32,104 nt of DNA from Octopus bimaculoides (GCF_001194135.2 NC_068981.1:36456758-36488861); one strand, 5' to 3'; shown: positions 1-11,202, counted from the first letter of the stretch. The notes: generated by a model from the sequence alone, not told the origin. Program-made: numbers and translations.

Positions 1-1
1 A

Positions 2-396
2 AAAGATGATGGAGATATCAGGACTATGCCACTCAGTAATAACACTGTCTCAAACAGAATAGATGAAATGGGGCAAGATGTTGAAAGCCAGCTCATTGAG
101 AAATTAAAATTGCGTAAGTTTTCATTACAAATGGACGAATCCACAATCCGGGACAGTGAGGCTCTGTTATTGACTTATGTGAGGTATATTGACCACGAGG
201 AGTTTCAGGAAGAGATGCTGTTCTGCGAATCGTTTGAAACCACCACAACTGCAAATGATATTTACATCAAAATCAAACATTATTTGGATGCAAACAAAAT
301 ACCAAAGGAAAACTTACTGGCATGTGCGGCAGACGGTGCACCTGCCATGATGGGCAAGAATACGGGATGCTTAAAAATGATGAAGGATGAAATTTC
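2..396 (+). mobile_element. hAT (Buster/Charlie; ZBED5/SCAND3/FAM200-like) transposase fragment
   Basis: Frame is open from the window start: KDDGDIRTMPLSNNTVSNRIDEM..FSLQMDEST..LLTYVRYI..EEMLFC..CAADGAPAMMG. These are the LSxxTVxRRI, FSLQxDEST and xDGAxxMxG motifs of Buster-type hATs. It stops abruptly before the CxxH motif. Confidence 0.9.
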
Positions 397-660
397 ACAA
401 TGAAAAGTAACTTCACATGTACTTCAGAGAACCTGATATACGCACTTACCTGCTGTGTGTCAAGAGCAGTACATAGGCCAAACAAAAAACAGTCTGCGTC
501 AACAGATGGCTCTGCACAAATCAAAATTCCCCAAAACAGAAAAATAGCATTCAGCCAACACATAGATATTTGCGTCAATAACAAAAATCTAAGTTTCAGA
601 ATTTTCCCCCTCTATCAATTCAGAGACGATACAACCTACAGCCAAAGAATTAGTAAAGAG
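391..660 (+). mobile_element. Penelope-like element GIY-YIG endonuclease fragment (frameshifted)
   Basis: FTMKSNFTCTSENLIYALTC, then after a +1 shift in the tgtgtgt run CQEQYIGQTKNSLRQQMALH (YIG at 470-478). The original frame resumes with FSQHIDIC..FRIFPLYQ. The 3' limit is approximate. Confidence 0.85.
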
Positions 661-1032
661 TCTCTCTTTATCACATTGGAGGTAATGGCGACATCATGTA
701 ATGTAGGAAATCTTTTGGATTTGAATTGTATATAATTCTGTATGTTAATATATTGTGTTGTGTCACTGTATGTTTTTTGTGAGATTGAACATCCTGATGA
801 AGGGATGATACAAAGGATTAACACCAATTTCTCTCCCAAAGACATCCCACTCACACCGAAGACACATACAAGACGTCTCATCCATAGGATTACGGATTTC
901 TTAGAAGGATTAGATGGGCCGCTTACCACTTTGACAATAGGGGAAAACATAGCTCAAACAGTAACCAGGACGATACGGTATATAAAGTTTTCAAAAGTAG
1001 AAAAAACCCTCCACCAAATTATGCATTAGAGT

Positions 1033-1368
1033 GAATGGAGTGAAAATTTAAAAACTCTTTCTTTCAGTGATTTTTCTGAAGAAACTGGACCAAGTCACAG
1101 TCTTACTCAGGAGAGTAGAGCTTTAGAATATTTCTTTTTGCTTTTTCCGATGTGCCTATTTGAATTAATTACGGTGGAAACAAACCGTTACGCTGAATAT
1201 AAGCAAAGCGTAAAAAAGGATAGTTTGTGGTTTTCCACAAACTTGAATGAAATTAAAGCATATTTTGCCATAAATATTATTATGGGCATTAGATAGTTAC
1301 CCAGAAGAACAAATTACTGGAGTAGTGATGAACTCTTTGGAGACGAATATGTCTCAAGTATAATGAGA
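1033..1368 (+). mobile_element. piggyBac (PGBD4-like) transposase N-terminal fragment, one in-frame stop
   Basis: Translates ALEYFFLLFPMCLFELITVETNRYAE..WFSTNLNEIKAYFAINIIMGIR*LPRRTNYWSSD..VSSIMR (TAG at 1294-1296), matching the piggyBac eTNxYA / Ei.af..mG / YWS motifs. Not in the ORF track. Confidence 0.85.
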
Positions 1369-1456
1369 CCTGCACTTCTACCAACATTATCAATTGCATC
1401 TCTTGTTCTCTCTGCCATTCTCTGTACATCGGACAAACAGGGTGCCGCCTGGCCGA
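1368..1456 (+). mobile_element. Second Penelope-like GIY-YIG fragment, running into a gap
   Basis: TCTSTNIINCISCSLCHSLYIGQTGCRLA: CxxC followed by YIGQT (1425-1439). Confidence 0.8.
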
Positions 1457-1556
1457 NNNNNNNNNNNNNNNNNNNNNNNNNNNNNNNNNNNNNNNNNNNN
1501 NNNNNNNNNNNNNNNNNNNNNNNNNNNNNNNNNNNNNNNNNNNNNNNNNNNNNNNN
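1457..1556. other. Assembly gap (100 N)
   Basis: Run of n. Confidence 1.
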
Positions 1557-1699
1557 ATATCTATATATATATTATATATATAATATAAATATATCTATAC
1601 AACATATTTATATTTTTCTTATTTCTTCTTTTCACTTTATCTCTTTAGAATTATTTGAATTATAAATCCTATTTAGAATTACAAATATTATTTTTTGTT

Positions 1700-2340
1700 T
1701 TCCTACACATCTTCGTTACCTTCTCTCACTCTCTTTTTCTAGCTCTTCTTGTCTCCCTCCCTTTCCAACTCCTCTCTCCCTCCCTTTATCTCTATTTACA
1801 CTACCTCTTCCTGTCTCTCTTTCATATCTTACTCTTTTTCTCATCTTTCTCCCTCCCTTTCATATCTTCCTCTTTTCTCACTTCTTTTTCGTTTCCTGTG
1901 TATCTCACATCTACCTCTTCTCCTGTCACCTCACCCTCTCCCTCAGATACTTCTCATTTTCCCCCTCTTCTCACTCCATTTCTCCCTTTCTCTCACATCC
2001 TTCATCCTTTCCTGTCTCTCCCTCACTCTGTCTCTTTCTCTTCCCATCCTCTCCCTCCTTCTGTCTCTTTCTCTTCCTCTCCTCTCCTTCACTCTGTCTC
2101 CCTTTCTCTTCCCCTCCTCTCCCTCACTGTGTCCCTCTTTCTCTCCCCTTTCTCTACCTCCCTCTGTCTCTATAACATCCCACACCCTCTCTCTTTCCTC
2201 ATATTACCCTCTCTCTTCATAGCACCTCTCTCTTTCCTTCATATCTCCCTCTCTCTTTCCCTATTCCCCCCTCTGTGTTTCTTCTTTTCTACCTCCCGCT
2301 ATCACTCACTTCCTCTCTATCCTCTACTCTTCCTCTGGGC
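1700..2340. repeat. Pyrimidine-rich (CT) low-complexity tract
   Basis: About 640 bp of degenerate CT/CTT/CCT repeats with very few G. It explains the S/L/F/P-rich ORFs at 1655-2344, 1749-2222 and 1943-2185. Confidence 0.9.
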
Positions 2341-2344
2341 TTAA

Positions 2345-4155
2345 AAAACGAAGATGGTACCAAAGTGGGAGAAGAAAGAATTAAATCTGTTGCGGGCATG
2401 AATGATTGCTCGTGGCGATCCGCCAAACAACATCATCACTACTGCACTGCAAAACAATGGCTTTCACAGAACCATTGATCTGATAGAGCAGAAAAAGAAT
2501 GAATTCATCCGATCGTATATGCTTATAAGACCACACACTGACACCCTGGATGACATAATTGAAAACTATTGTGGCAAGGCTGATAAGGATGGAGAAGATG
2601 AAAAGGAAACAAAACCCGGAAGTCTCTTTGATCCAATGGTTTCTCAAAAGAATGGATCACCCACCCCTGTGAATGACCAGGCAGAAAAGGATAAGGGAGC
2701 CAAGGAAGCAGTAACTAGAAGCCCCTCTGTGCCAGTGGTTCTGCAAAGGAACAGAGCCCTCACCCCATTGGACAATCAGGAAAAAAGTTCCCACCACAAG
2801 AAAAGGAAGGGCGGAACACAAACATAAAGAAGGAAAGGAAGAAAAAGGAAAAGGCAAAAATGAAACAACCAAAAACAAAACCAAAACCCACCAAACAAAA
2901 AACAGAAAACCCCATGGAGGATCCAATGCCATCAAAATCTCTACAGGAAAGAAGAAATTTGGAAGGTGGTCAAGAACCTGCAAATTTTACCTGCAAGGCA
3001 AATGATAGCATGGGGAAGATGGCAAAAACTGTCGTTGTGCCCAACTGACTCCTCACCAAAATACAGGGACCTTAAGGAGAAAAACTTCCCTGAGGAAAGA
3101 CAGCAAATGTCTCCAAGGAAAAAATTTACAAAAGAAGTGCGCTCTTCAGATGTTATGTGCAACGCAGCAGCTGAGCTTTTTTATACATGGCGCAAAAGAT
3201 TGTGCAGCAGCTGACCTGGCTACACCAAGCACAAACAAGGAACCTTGCCCATCACTGCACAAGACGACCACAGTCAACAGACACAGGATAGCCTCCCCTA
3301 ACGCCTGCACAGTGGTTACGCCAATATTTTTACTAAATATTGGGGGCCTGTTGCATTATAATAAAAGCAAAATTTCTTTCCTGAGAGATCTTGCTGCATG
3401 CAATCAAGCCTTATGCATAGCACTTGTGGAAATTCACCTCAGCCCTGATATAGAGGTTGCAGAAGTACACGTACCAAAAATATGCCATACTGAAAACAGA
3501 CAGAAGGGAAAGGAGCCATGGTGGAGTTGCTGTATACATCCGTGATGACTTCACACCCCAGGTCATACTCAAATTCGGTATGTGACACTCTAATTGTATA
3601 CATAAGATAACACAATACAGTCATATGCAATACATATTGCCCACTGGATGCTCAAAACTACATAAGCAAGTTTGAAGATCGCCTCACAAGAATTAAAGAA
3701 ATCCTCATGAAACTGGAACACCACGTGACTATATTTCTTATGGGTGATTTCAACTTCCCCAACGTCAAATGGCCCAAAGGTCTCATACTCTCAGGAATGA
3801 CACATTGCAAGCAAGCACAGGTAGAGTCTCTGCTCAACCTCACCAATGCCCTATTCATGGAACAAGCTGTACTCAGACCAACTAGGGTGAATAACATTCT
3901 GGATCTCTGCTTCACGAACAACATGGACATCGTTCATGATGTGAAAGTGATGCCAACATTAGCTTTGGATCACAACATAGAGCTGTCTATGTTTGGGCCG
4001 AAAGTAACCAGAGAAATACAGCCTAAAGGAAGCACCCGAAATCTCTCCAATCTGAACTTCCACAAAGCAGACTGGAAACTGATCAAAAAAGAGATCCCCA
4101 GAGAGAACTGGCCAAAATGTGTCTCCACACCAGACATTGACATGAAATTAGATAT
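2345..4155 (+). mobile_element. Degenerate CR1/L2-group LINE: ORF1 relic plus APE endonuclease of ORF2, truncated before RT
   Basis: ORF2 pieces across frameshifts: LNIGGL (3336), IALVEIHL, RSHGGVAVYIRDD (3520), FLMGDFNFP (3743), PTRVNNILDLCFTN, ALDHNI and NFHKADW. These are canonical APE motifs. Upstream lies a Lys-rich ORF1-like region with a Cys/His motif at 2979-3044. The clade assignment is tentative. Confidence 0.85.
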
Positions 4156-4167
4156 GTATATATATAT

Positions 4168-4480
4168 CATCATCATCATCATCATCGTTTAACGTCCGCT
4201 TTCCATGCTAGCATGGGTTGGACGATTTGACTGAGGACTGGTGAAACCGGATGGCAACACCAGGCTCCAATCTAAATTTGGCAGAGTTTCTACAGCTAGA
4301 TGCCCTTCCTCACGCCAACCACTCAGAGAGTGTAGTAGGTGCTTTTACGTGTCACCTGCCCGAAGGCCAGTCAGGCGATACTGGCAACGGCCATGCTCGA
4401 AATGGTGTCTTTTATGTGCCACCCGCACAAGACAGTCCAGGGGCACTGGCAACGATCTCGCTCGAAAATCCTACGGAAGC
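4168..4480 (-). mobile_element. SINE-like repeat, family A ((GAT)n tail), runs into gap
   Basis: (CAT)n at 4168-4186 followed by cgtttaacgtccgctttccatgctagcatggg..gatgcccttcc..ccaacc. Homologous to 5490-5685, 15485-15800 and 25505-25710. Confidence 0.85.
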
Positions 4481-5464
4481 NNNNNNNNNNNNNNNNNNNN
4501 NNNNNNNNNNNNNNNNNNNNNNNNNNNNNNNNNNNNNNNNNNNNNNNNNNNNNNNNNNNNNNNNNNNNNNNNNNNNNNNNNNNNNNNNNNNNNNNNNNNN
4601 NNNNNNNNNNNNNNNNNNNNNNNNNNNNNNNNNNNNNNNNNNNNNNNNNNNNNNNNNNNNNNNNNNNNNNNNNNNNNNNNNNNNNNNNNNNNNNNNNNNN
4701 NNNNNNNNNNNNNNNNNNNNNNNNNNNNNNNNNNNNNNNNNNNNNNNNNNNNNNNNNNNNNNNNNNNNNNNNNNNNNNNNNNNNNNNNNNNNNNNNNNNN
4801 NNNNNNNNNNNNNNNNNNNNNNNNNNNNNNNNNNNNNNNNNNNNNNNNNNNNNNNNNNNNNNNNNNNNNNNNNNNNNNNNNNNNNNNNNNNNNNNNNNNN
4901 NNNNNNNNNNNNNNNNNNNNNNNNNNNNNNNNNNNNNNNNNNNNNNNNNNNNNNNNNNNNNNNNNNNNNNNNNNNNNNNNNNNNNNNNNNNNNNNNNNNN
5001 NNNNNNNNNNNNNNNNNNNNNNNNNNNNNNNNNNNNNNNNNNNNNNNNNNNNNNNNNNNNNNNNNNNNNNNNNNNNNNNNNNNNNNNNNNNNNNNNNNNN
5101 NNNNNNNNNNNNNNNNNNNNNNNNNNNNNNNNNNNNNNNNNNNNNNNNNNNNNNNNNNNNNNNNNNNNNNNNNNNNNNNNNNNNNNNNNNNNNNNNNNNN
5201 NNNNNNNNNNNNNNNNNNNNNNNNNNNNNNNNNNNNNNNNNNNNNNNNNNNNNNNNNNNNNNNNNNNNNNNNNNNNNNNNNNNNNNNNNNNNNNNNNNNN
5301 NNNNNNNNNNNNNNNNNNNNNNNNNNNNNNNNNNNNNNNNNNNNNNNNNNNNNNNNNNNNNNNNNNNNNNNNNNNNNNNNNNNNNNNNNNNNNNNNNNNN
5401 NNNNNNNNNNNNNNNNNNNNNNNNNNNNNNNNNNNNNNNNNNNNNNNNNNNNNNNNNNNNNNNN
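4481..5464. other. Assembly gap (984 N)
   Basis: Run of n. Confidence 1.
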
Positions 5465-5489
5465 TATATATATATATTCTCTGGCCATT

Positions 5490-5685
5490 GTGCCGGTGGC
5501 ACGTAAAAGCACCCACTACACTCTCTGAGTGGTTGGTGTTTGGAAGGGCATCCAGCTGTAGAAACTCTGCCAAATCAGATTGGAGCCTGGTGTAGCCATC
5601 TGGTTCACCAGTCCTCAGTCAAATCGTCCAACCCATGCTAGCATGGAAAGCGGACATTAAACGATGATGATGATGATGATGATGA
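5490..5685 (+). mobile_element. SINE-like repeat, family A 3' part with (GAT)n tail
   Basis: Reverse complement aligns to 4176-4356 with about 11-12 differences over about 175 bp (manual comparison). Ends in (GAT)n. Confidence 0.85.
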
Positions 5686-7453
5686 TATATATATATTATA
5701 TAGACTTCTTGTCTAGATTCCAAACTTTAACAAATCATTTTGTCAGCTTTGATATCAGATGGTAACAAATACCTCAATTTAAAGGACATTGTGTTACCAT
5801 TTTTAATTCTTCATGTTACATTAATAATTTAAATCATACTTATATGGTACTCTGCCTGTAATTCAAACCTATTGTCCAAACCAAGGTTTAACAATTTCAT
5901 TGAGAAAATTTGAAGCCTTCAGGTAGTATCCTGTTTAGTTTACGGTTTAAAGTCAACCAAAATGCAATATATATATAATAGAAGTAATATTGGCACTTAT
6001 ATTTAGACATTTTTTACATTGATTAACACAGTGGGATGTTTATCATTCATAAGAAATATCATCTATTCCTAAAAATATAAAAAGAACAAAATTGAAATTT
6101 CAGCAATGGATGTTGGTTTCACATTTGGAGATTAAATTATTATAACTATGTTCATGAGTTTGGATACATCGGCATGTTAAGGGAAGATGTGGAGTCAAAC
6201 ATTTCAGGACTAGCTTGTTATCTGACAGAAAGCATTTTGCACATCACTCCCAAAATGTCACATTATACTTTGTTTTCATAGAGCAACAACTTAGTTAAGC
6301 TTGTGAACTTTCATTGTGTAATTATTGCTGGCACAGACCACATCTAGTTTTCTTGGGTATTTTACATAAATACAATTATTCTTAGCAAATAACATATTAA
6401 CCAAACTTATTCATTTTTAAGTATCAGTTTAATATGATTTTTTTTGTGACATATTCTATTGAACAATAACAATTCCCATTCAATTATTTCTTTCTAAATA
6501 TTTTACAGTAGATTGTTTTGGTTTTTCTAGATAAGAAAAACAATAGATGATATATTTATGATTATTCTATTATATAAAAAAAATAACTTGTTTTGTAATA
6601 ATGGCAAGGAGGATAATGAAACACCTGAATTAAAAGATGTTAGTGAAGTGCAAATTGGGGACTATATTTTATGTTATCTCAGAGATCACTATGTATTATA
6701 TAGCTATTACTTACTACAGTCTGTTTGAGGATTTTGTTGTTGCTTTGATTCTTTACAGGGAACACACACACATAGACAGACACAAATAACAAAAGCAAAA
6801 CAGAAGCAAAATCAAAACAATACTTTATTTTTGTCATTGAGAAGTATGATCTCTTCATCAAATGAAATATATAAGAAACAAACAGTATTGAATTGTAAGA
6901 ATTATTGTTTGTTCATATATATAAGAATTATTAAACCACATTGTTGATTTATAATTTTAGTATCTTATACAATATGAAATATTTGTAAAATGAATTTCAA
7001 TAACAAAATAACATGTAAAGTCACTTTGATTTTACCACTGACATCTTTGATTGTTTTCTTTCAAGAATTATGGATTAATGATTAAAATAGCAGAAATCAA
7101 TCAAACGTTTAGATTTTTATCTTCAATATGTTAATGCCTTTAAGTATTTGTTGTATTGCTACATGTAAACTATGATTTAATCCATTTTTATATGTTTGAA
7201 GCATGATCTAGTTTTGACAAAATTTCTGACGGTAACTGTTATATCTGAGTGCAGTGATTTTGAAAATCAGAAATTTAACTGTTATTTTATTTATTTATTT
7301 ATTTATTCATTTATTCATCGATTCCTGTGTGTTCCAAAGAGGGTGAATTGTAACTATAGCCTAGAAATTCCCTTCTGATGTAAAGTGGTGATCATGTTAA
7401 GTTAGCTCAATGTTAGAATTTTCCTTTTTTTTTGTTTTGTTTTAAACTGCAAG

Positions 7454-7548
7454 TTAGTAGCAACTTCAAGAAGAGAGTTTCTAGGCAATACCGATTGAGA
7501 AGAGAATTTACGTTTGAAGCTGAGAAAAGTGATTGTAATATGTTCTAA
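7454..7548 (+). CDS. Candidate terminal coding exon of an unidentified gene
   Basis: A long polypyrimidine tract (7421-7443) precedes ctgcaag|. The frame reads SSNFKKRVSRQYRLRREFTFEAEKSDCNMF* (TAA 7546-7548), with AATAAA near 8311. No homology recognised. Confidence 0.25.
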
Positions 7549-7644
7549 CGTCACTGAAATATCTATAGATACAGGTTATTTAAGAACCATTTTGTGTCAT
7601 TGTCATCCTTATCTTATTTTCCTTTTTCAATATGCCAACATATC

Positions 7645-7745
7645 ATTATGCTCATTACCATCACCACCACCATCACTGCTATCATCATCATCATTACTAC
7701 CATTACTGCCACCATCATTGCTGTTGTAACACCATCACCACCAGT
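7645..7745. repeat. Degenerate (CAT/CAC)n low-complexity tract
   Basis: catcaccaccaccatcactgctatcatcatcatc... Confidence 0.8.
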
Positions 7746-8549
7746 TTAGTTCTTGCTTTAGAATGTTAGTAAGGCTATTATTTATGAGTCTCATTTCTAT
7801 GTTTTATTTCTATAAAGTCAAAATTCCTTTGGCCATAAGGAGACTTTACATGGTTGTTTGATTTGCCAGAAACAGTAACCTCAAATCACATCCTCTTACC
7901 TTAATGAGAGGAACACACTGCATAATGCATTTCTTAGATACCACTTAAAGATGGAAAGACTTTGGTTATGAGTCTGATCAGAGTTGACTATTATACAATC
8001 AGCCCTTCAGTTTCCCTTAGAGTATCTTCACCACTGACAGATATGAGATTTCTGTACAGTAGCATACTCTCACTGATAAGCTGTTATAAGCTCTTCTTTC
8101 AGAGTCAGATATATATCTTTTTATATACTATCATAAGAAAACCATTCCTGCAAACTCACAAACTGTTATTTTATCATAGAATATTTAACATCTAATGCTA
8201 CAGTTAACTCCATATACAGTTTCTCAACTGTTCAAGTCATTTCCTCACACTTAGTAATCTCACTGCTTCCTAGATGACATAATATTCTTTACTTATTTAC
8301 TCTTAATGTAATAAAGATTACATTTCCACTTAGGAGGAATATCCAAACTAAATTCTATGTATTTCAAGTCCATACTGATGGTAGTTCTGCAAATATAGTT
8401 TACCTTTATGTTGCCATTTAAAATGCAACTCACTTTTTCTTATACATCAGAAAACCTAGTGCAACATGTATGTTTGTTTTTGCACAATAGTTGTCATATA
8501 GTAGCTGTCACATACTATTAATTAATAATGTGTGTATGTGTGTGTTTGT

Positions 8550-8985
8550 ACATCATCATCATTTCAATGCCTACTTTTCCACATACAAATGGGCCAGATG
8601 GAATTTGTTGCGGTAGATTTATAGCCAGATGCCCTTCCTGTCACCAACCCTCACCTGTTTCCAAATAAGGCAATATTTTCTCATAACTAGAGATGTTTTT
8701 CATAGAAAATTGGAAATGAAAGACACCACTTGCATGGGAGTGGCACCTGTTTACAACTGTTACATGAAGCCAAGGCAAGGAGACAATAAAACACACACAT
8801 TCGTATATACAGGATGGGCTTCTAACGACTACCATTTTCTAAATACACTCACAAAGCTTTAGCTGACTTAGGGCTATAGTAGAAGACACTTGCTCAAGAT
8901 GCAATTCTGTGAAACGGAAAACAGAATCATGTGGTCGGGAAGCAAACGTCTTAACACACAGCCATGTCTGCACCTTCACAGCCAC
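8550..8985 (-). mobile_element. tRNA-head SINE, family B, near full length
   Basis: Reverse-strand head ggtgcagacatggctgtgtgttaag..cttgagcaagtgtcttctactatagccc..aaagctttgtgagtg matches the head of 13849-14253. It has a central (GT) tract and a 3' aacaggtgagggttggtgacaggaagggcatc segment ending in (GAT)n. Confidence 0.8.
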
Positions 8986-9872
8986 ACCTGCACTTACAAG
9001 TTTCCATATTTACAGGTAGTATTTTGGACAGTCATGGTATAAAGCAATACTCATGTGGTGCCACCATATTCTGTTGTACTGATTATGCTGGTGAACCGAA
9101 ACAAAACTGTAACTATACAATTAAGTTGCATGATATTTGGAAAACAGTTATTGAGTTTTTTGCTTTCATTGCATTAGGTTGTTACCTTTCTACATGCCAA
9201 CCTGTTATAAATAGATGCCAAATCTCACTCAAATCATACCCAAATGCTTTAAAAAAAAGGATATAATATTGGTGCGCGAGATGAATAATATCTAAAAAGA
9301 TGAGATAGTTAAGGTTGAAAGTTTTTCATCATAGATTTGCTCAATGGAGGCTGACACAGGGCTAAATGACAACAATGCCTCACTTTCCATTTAGCTACTT
9401 CGTATAGTTCCCTGCTATTGTGGAAACCACACGTTAATAGAGGACGAAAATCATTCAACAGCATTGATGTTATTGGCAGACACACACAACATGAAATTGA
9501 GGACATACTAAAATAACTGGGGAAACAGAGATTTCTGACATGGTATGGTGAAATTCATCTTGAATGCAGCTGCTCAAAAAAAGGTAATAGTTTTCTGCTT
9601 ACTTTCTTCCACAATCAATCAGAGATTTACCTTTTGTTGCTTCATATAGCCTCAATTTCTATTGAAAACATTATATCACCCAGAATTTAAATGATACAGA
9701 GTTTCATATAGAATATAAAGTCTGTCCTTGAAGAAGGTCTACCTACAAAAAAAGGAATTAATCGTAGACCAGGTCTATGATTAATTTTCCTAGAGAACAT
9801 TCTTTTCTTTTGTGGTTTGACATTATATCGTCTATTTCTAGTATAATGGATGTCCACTTAGTGGTCATCCCT

Positions 9873-9876
<4 letters not shown>

Positions 9877-9903
<27 letters not shown>

Positions 9904-9985
9904 GGTTTGTTGATGCAAACAGGAACAATAGAACCCAAAACGTGTGTGTGCGTGCGTGCGTGCATGCGTGCGTGCGTGCGTGTGT
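9877..9985. repeat. (TA)n and (GTGC)n microsatellites flanking a short repeat motif
   Basis: (TA)n at 9877-9902 and (GTGC)n at about 9942-9985. Confidence 0.9.
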
Positions 9986-10148
9986 GGCTTTTGAAGATGC
10001 TCATTTATGTTTTAGCCCTCCAAATGACTGAAAGCTATAGTTGTAAAAAAGTAGTTACTAGATGTAAATATATACTTTTTTTTATTGTAAGGCAACTTTT
10101 AGGTCGAAACTCCAAGTTAAAGAGGATGATAGGATTTATATAAAGCAA

Positions 10149-10622
10149 NNNNNNNNNNNNNNNNNNNNNNNNNNNNNNNNNNNNNNNNNNNNNNNNNNNN
10201 NNNNNNNNNNNNNNNNNNNNNNNNNNNNNNNNNNNNNNNNNNNNNNNNNNNNNNNNNNNNNNNNNNNNNNNNNNNNNNNNNNNNNNNNNNNNNNNNNNNN
10301 NNNNNNNNNNNNNNNNNNNNNNNNNNNNNNNNNNNNNNNNNNNNNNNNNNNNNNNNNNNNNNNNNNNNNNNNNNNNNNNNNNNNNNNNNNNNNNNNNNNN
10401 NNNNNNNNNNNNNNNNNNNNNNNNNNNNNNNNNNNNNNNNNNNNNNNNNNNNNNNNNNNNNNNNNNNNNNNNNNNNNNNNNNNNNNNNNNNNNNNNNNNN
10501 NNNNNNNNNNNNNNNNNNNNNNNNNNNNNNNNNNNNNNNNNNNNNNNNNNNNNNNNNNNNNNNNNNNNNNNNNNNNNNNNNNNNNNNNNNNNNNNNNNNN
10601 NNNNNNNNNNNNNNNNNNNNNN
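10149..10622. other. Assembly gap (474 N)
   Basis: Run of n. Confidence 1.
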
Positions 10623-10977
10623 TATATTACGTCTAGCAACCTTTATTATTTTATAATTTTCACATTACCATTTTCCTGAATCAGTCATTGATTTTTATGG
10701 TAAAATCTATATACTGGCAGGTAGGATTTGACTTTACTATAAACAATGGAGGGGTATTACTGATGAGCTTTAATTTCAAGCAAAACTGGCTTACCAGTTT
10801 AGTACCCTCAATCGTTATTAAGCAGTTAACCCCACTGTCAGTACATAGACTTGTGCTATGTTTGTGGCTATAAGGGTTTTCGATTCTTATTTCTAGCAAT
10901 GCACCCTCAGTCACTATTAGTGACAATTGAATTTTTCCTGTTTGGTTTTATGTTCTGTCTAGCCACCTTTATTATTT

Positions 10978-11040
10978 TACACACACACACACATATATAC
11001 ATATACAATATGTGTGTACGCATGTGTGTATGTGTACTTG

Positions 11041-11079
<39 letters not shown>

Positions 11080-11202
11080 GTTTTGAGTTTTGCTTTCCTG
11101 TTTGCATCACCAAGCGTATATATATATAGATATTTAATGTGCATATATATGTATATTTGGGCATGTGTGTGCATGCATGCATGCGTGTGTATGTGTGTGT
11201 GT
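10978..11202. repeat. Compound (CA)/(TA)/(TG)/(ATGC) microsatellite cluster
   Basis: Directly visible dinucleotide and tetranucleotide runs. Confidence 0.9.

Noticed and set aside
742-1029. 95-aa ORF in frame with the piggyBac fragment
   Set aside because: No recognisable motif. It probably mixes PLE 3' sequence with piggyBac N-terminal sequence in another frame, so it is left unassigned.
1655-2344. 229-aa S/L/F/P-rich ORF and the opposite-strand E/R-rich ORF
   Set aside because: CT low-complexity DNA lacks stop codons by composition.
4241-5595. Six long ORFs of 343-425 aa
   Set aside because: They are artefacts of translating through the 984-N gap; the flanks are SINE sequence. The same applies to 1363-1665, 1394-1588 and 10136-10639.
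6104-6282. Open frame NGCWFHIWRLNYYNYVHEFGYIG after tttcag
   Set aside because: Weak pyrimidine tract, no canonical donor, and no recognised homologue (the CxFH could be a MULE remnant).
8964-9770. 100-aa ORF and neighbouring protein-like frames
   Set aside because: The ORF starts in a SINE head and adjacent frames are interrupted by stops. It may be an old TE or pseudogene, but no motif supports a call.
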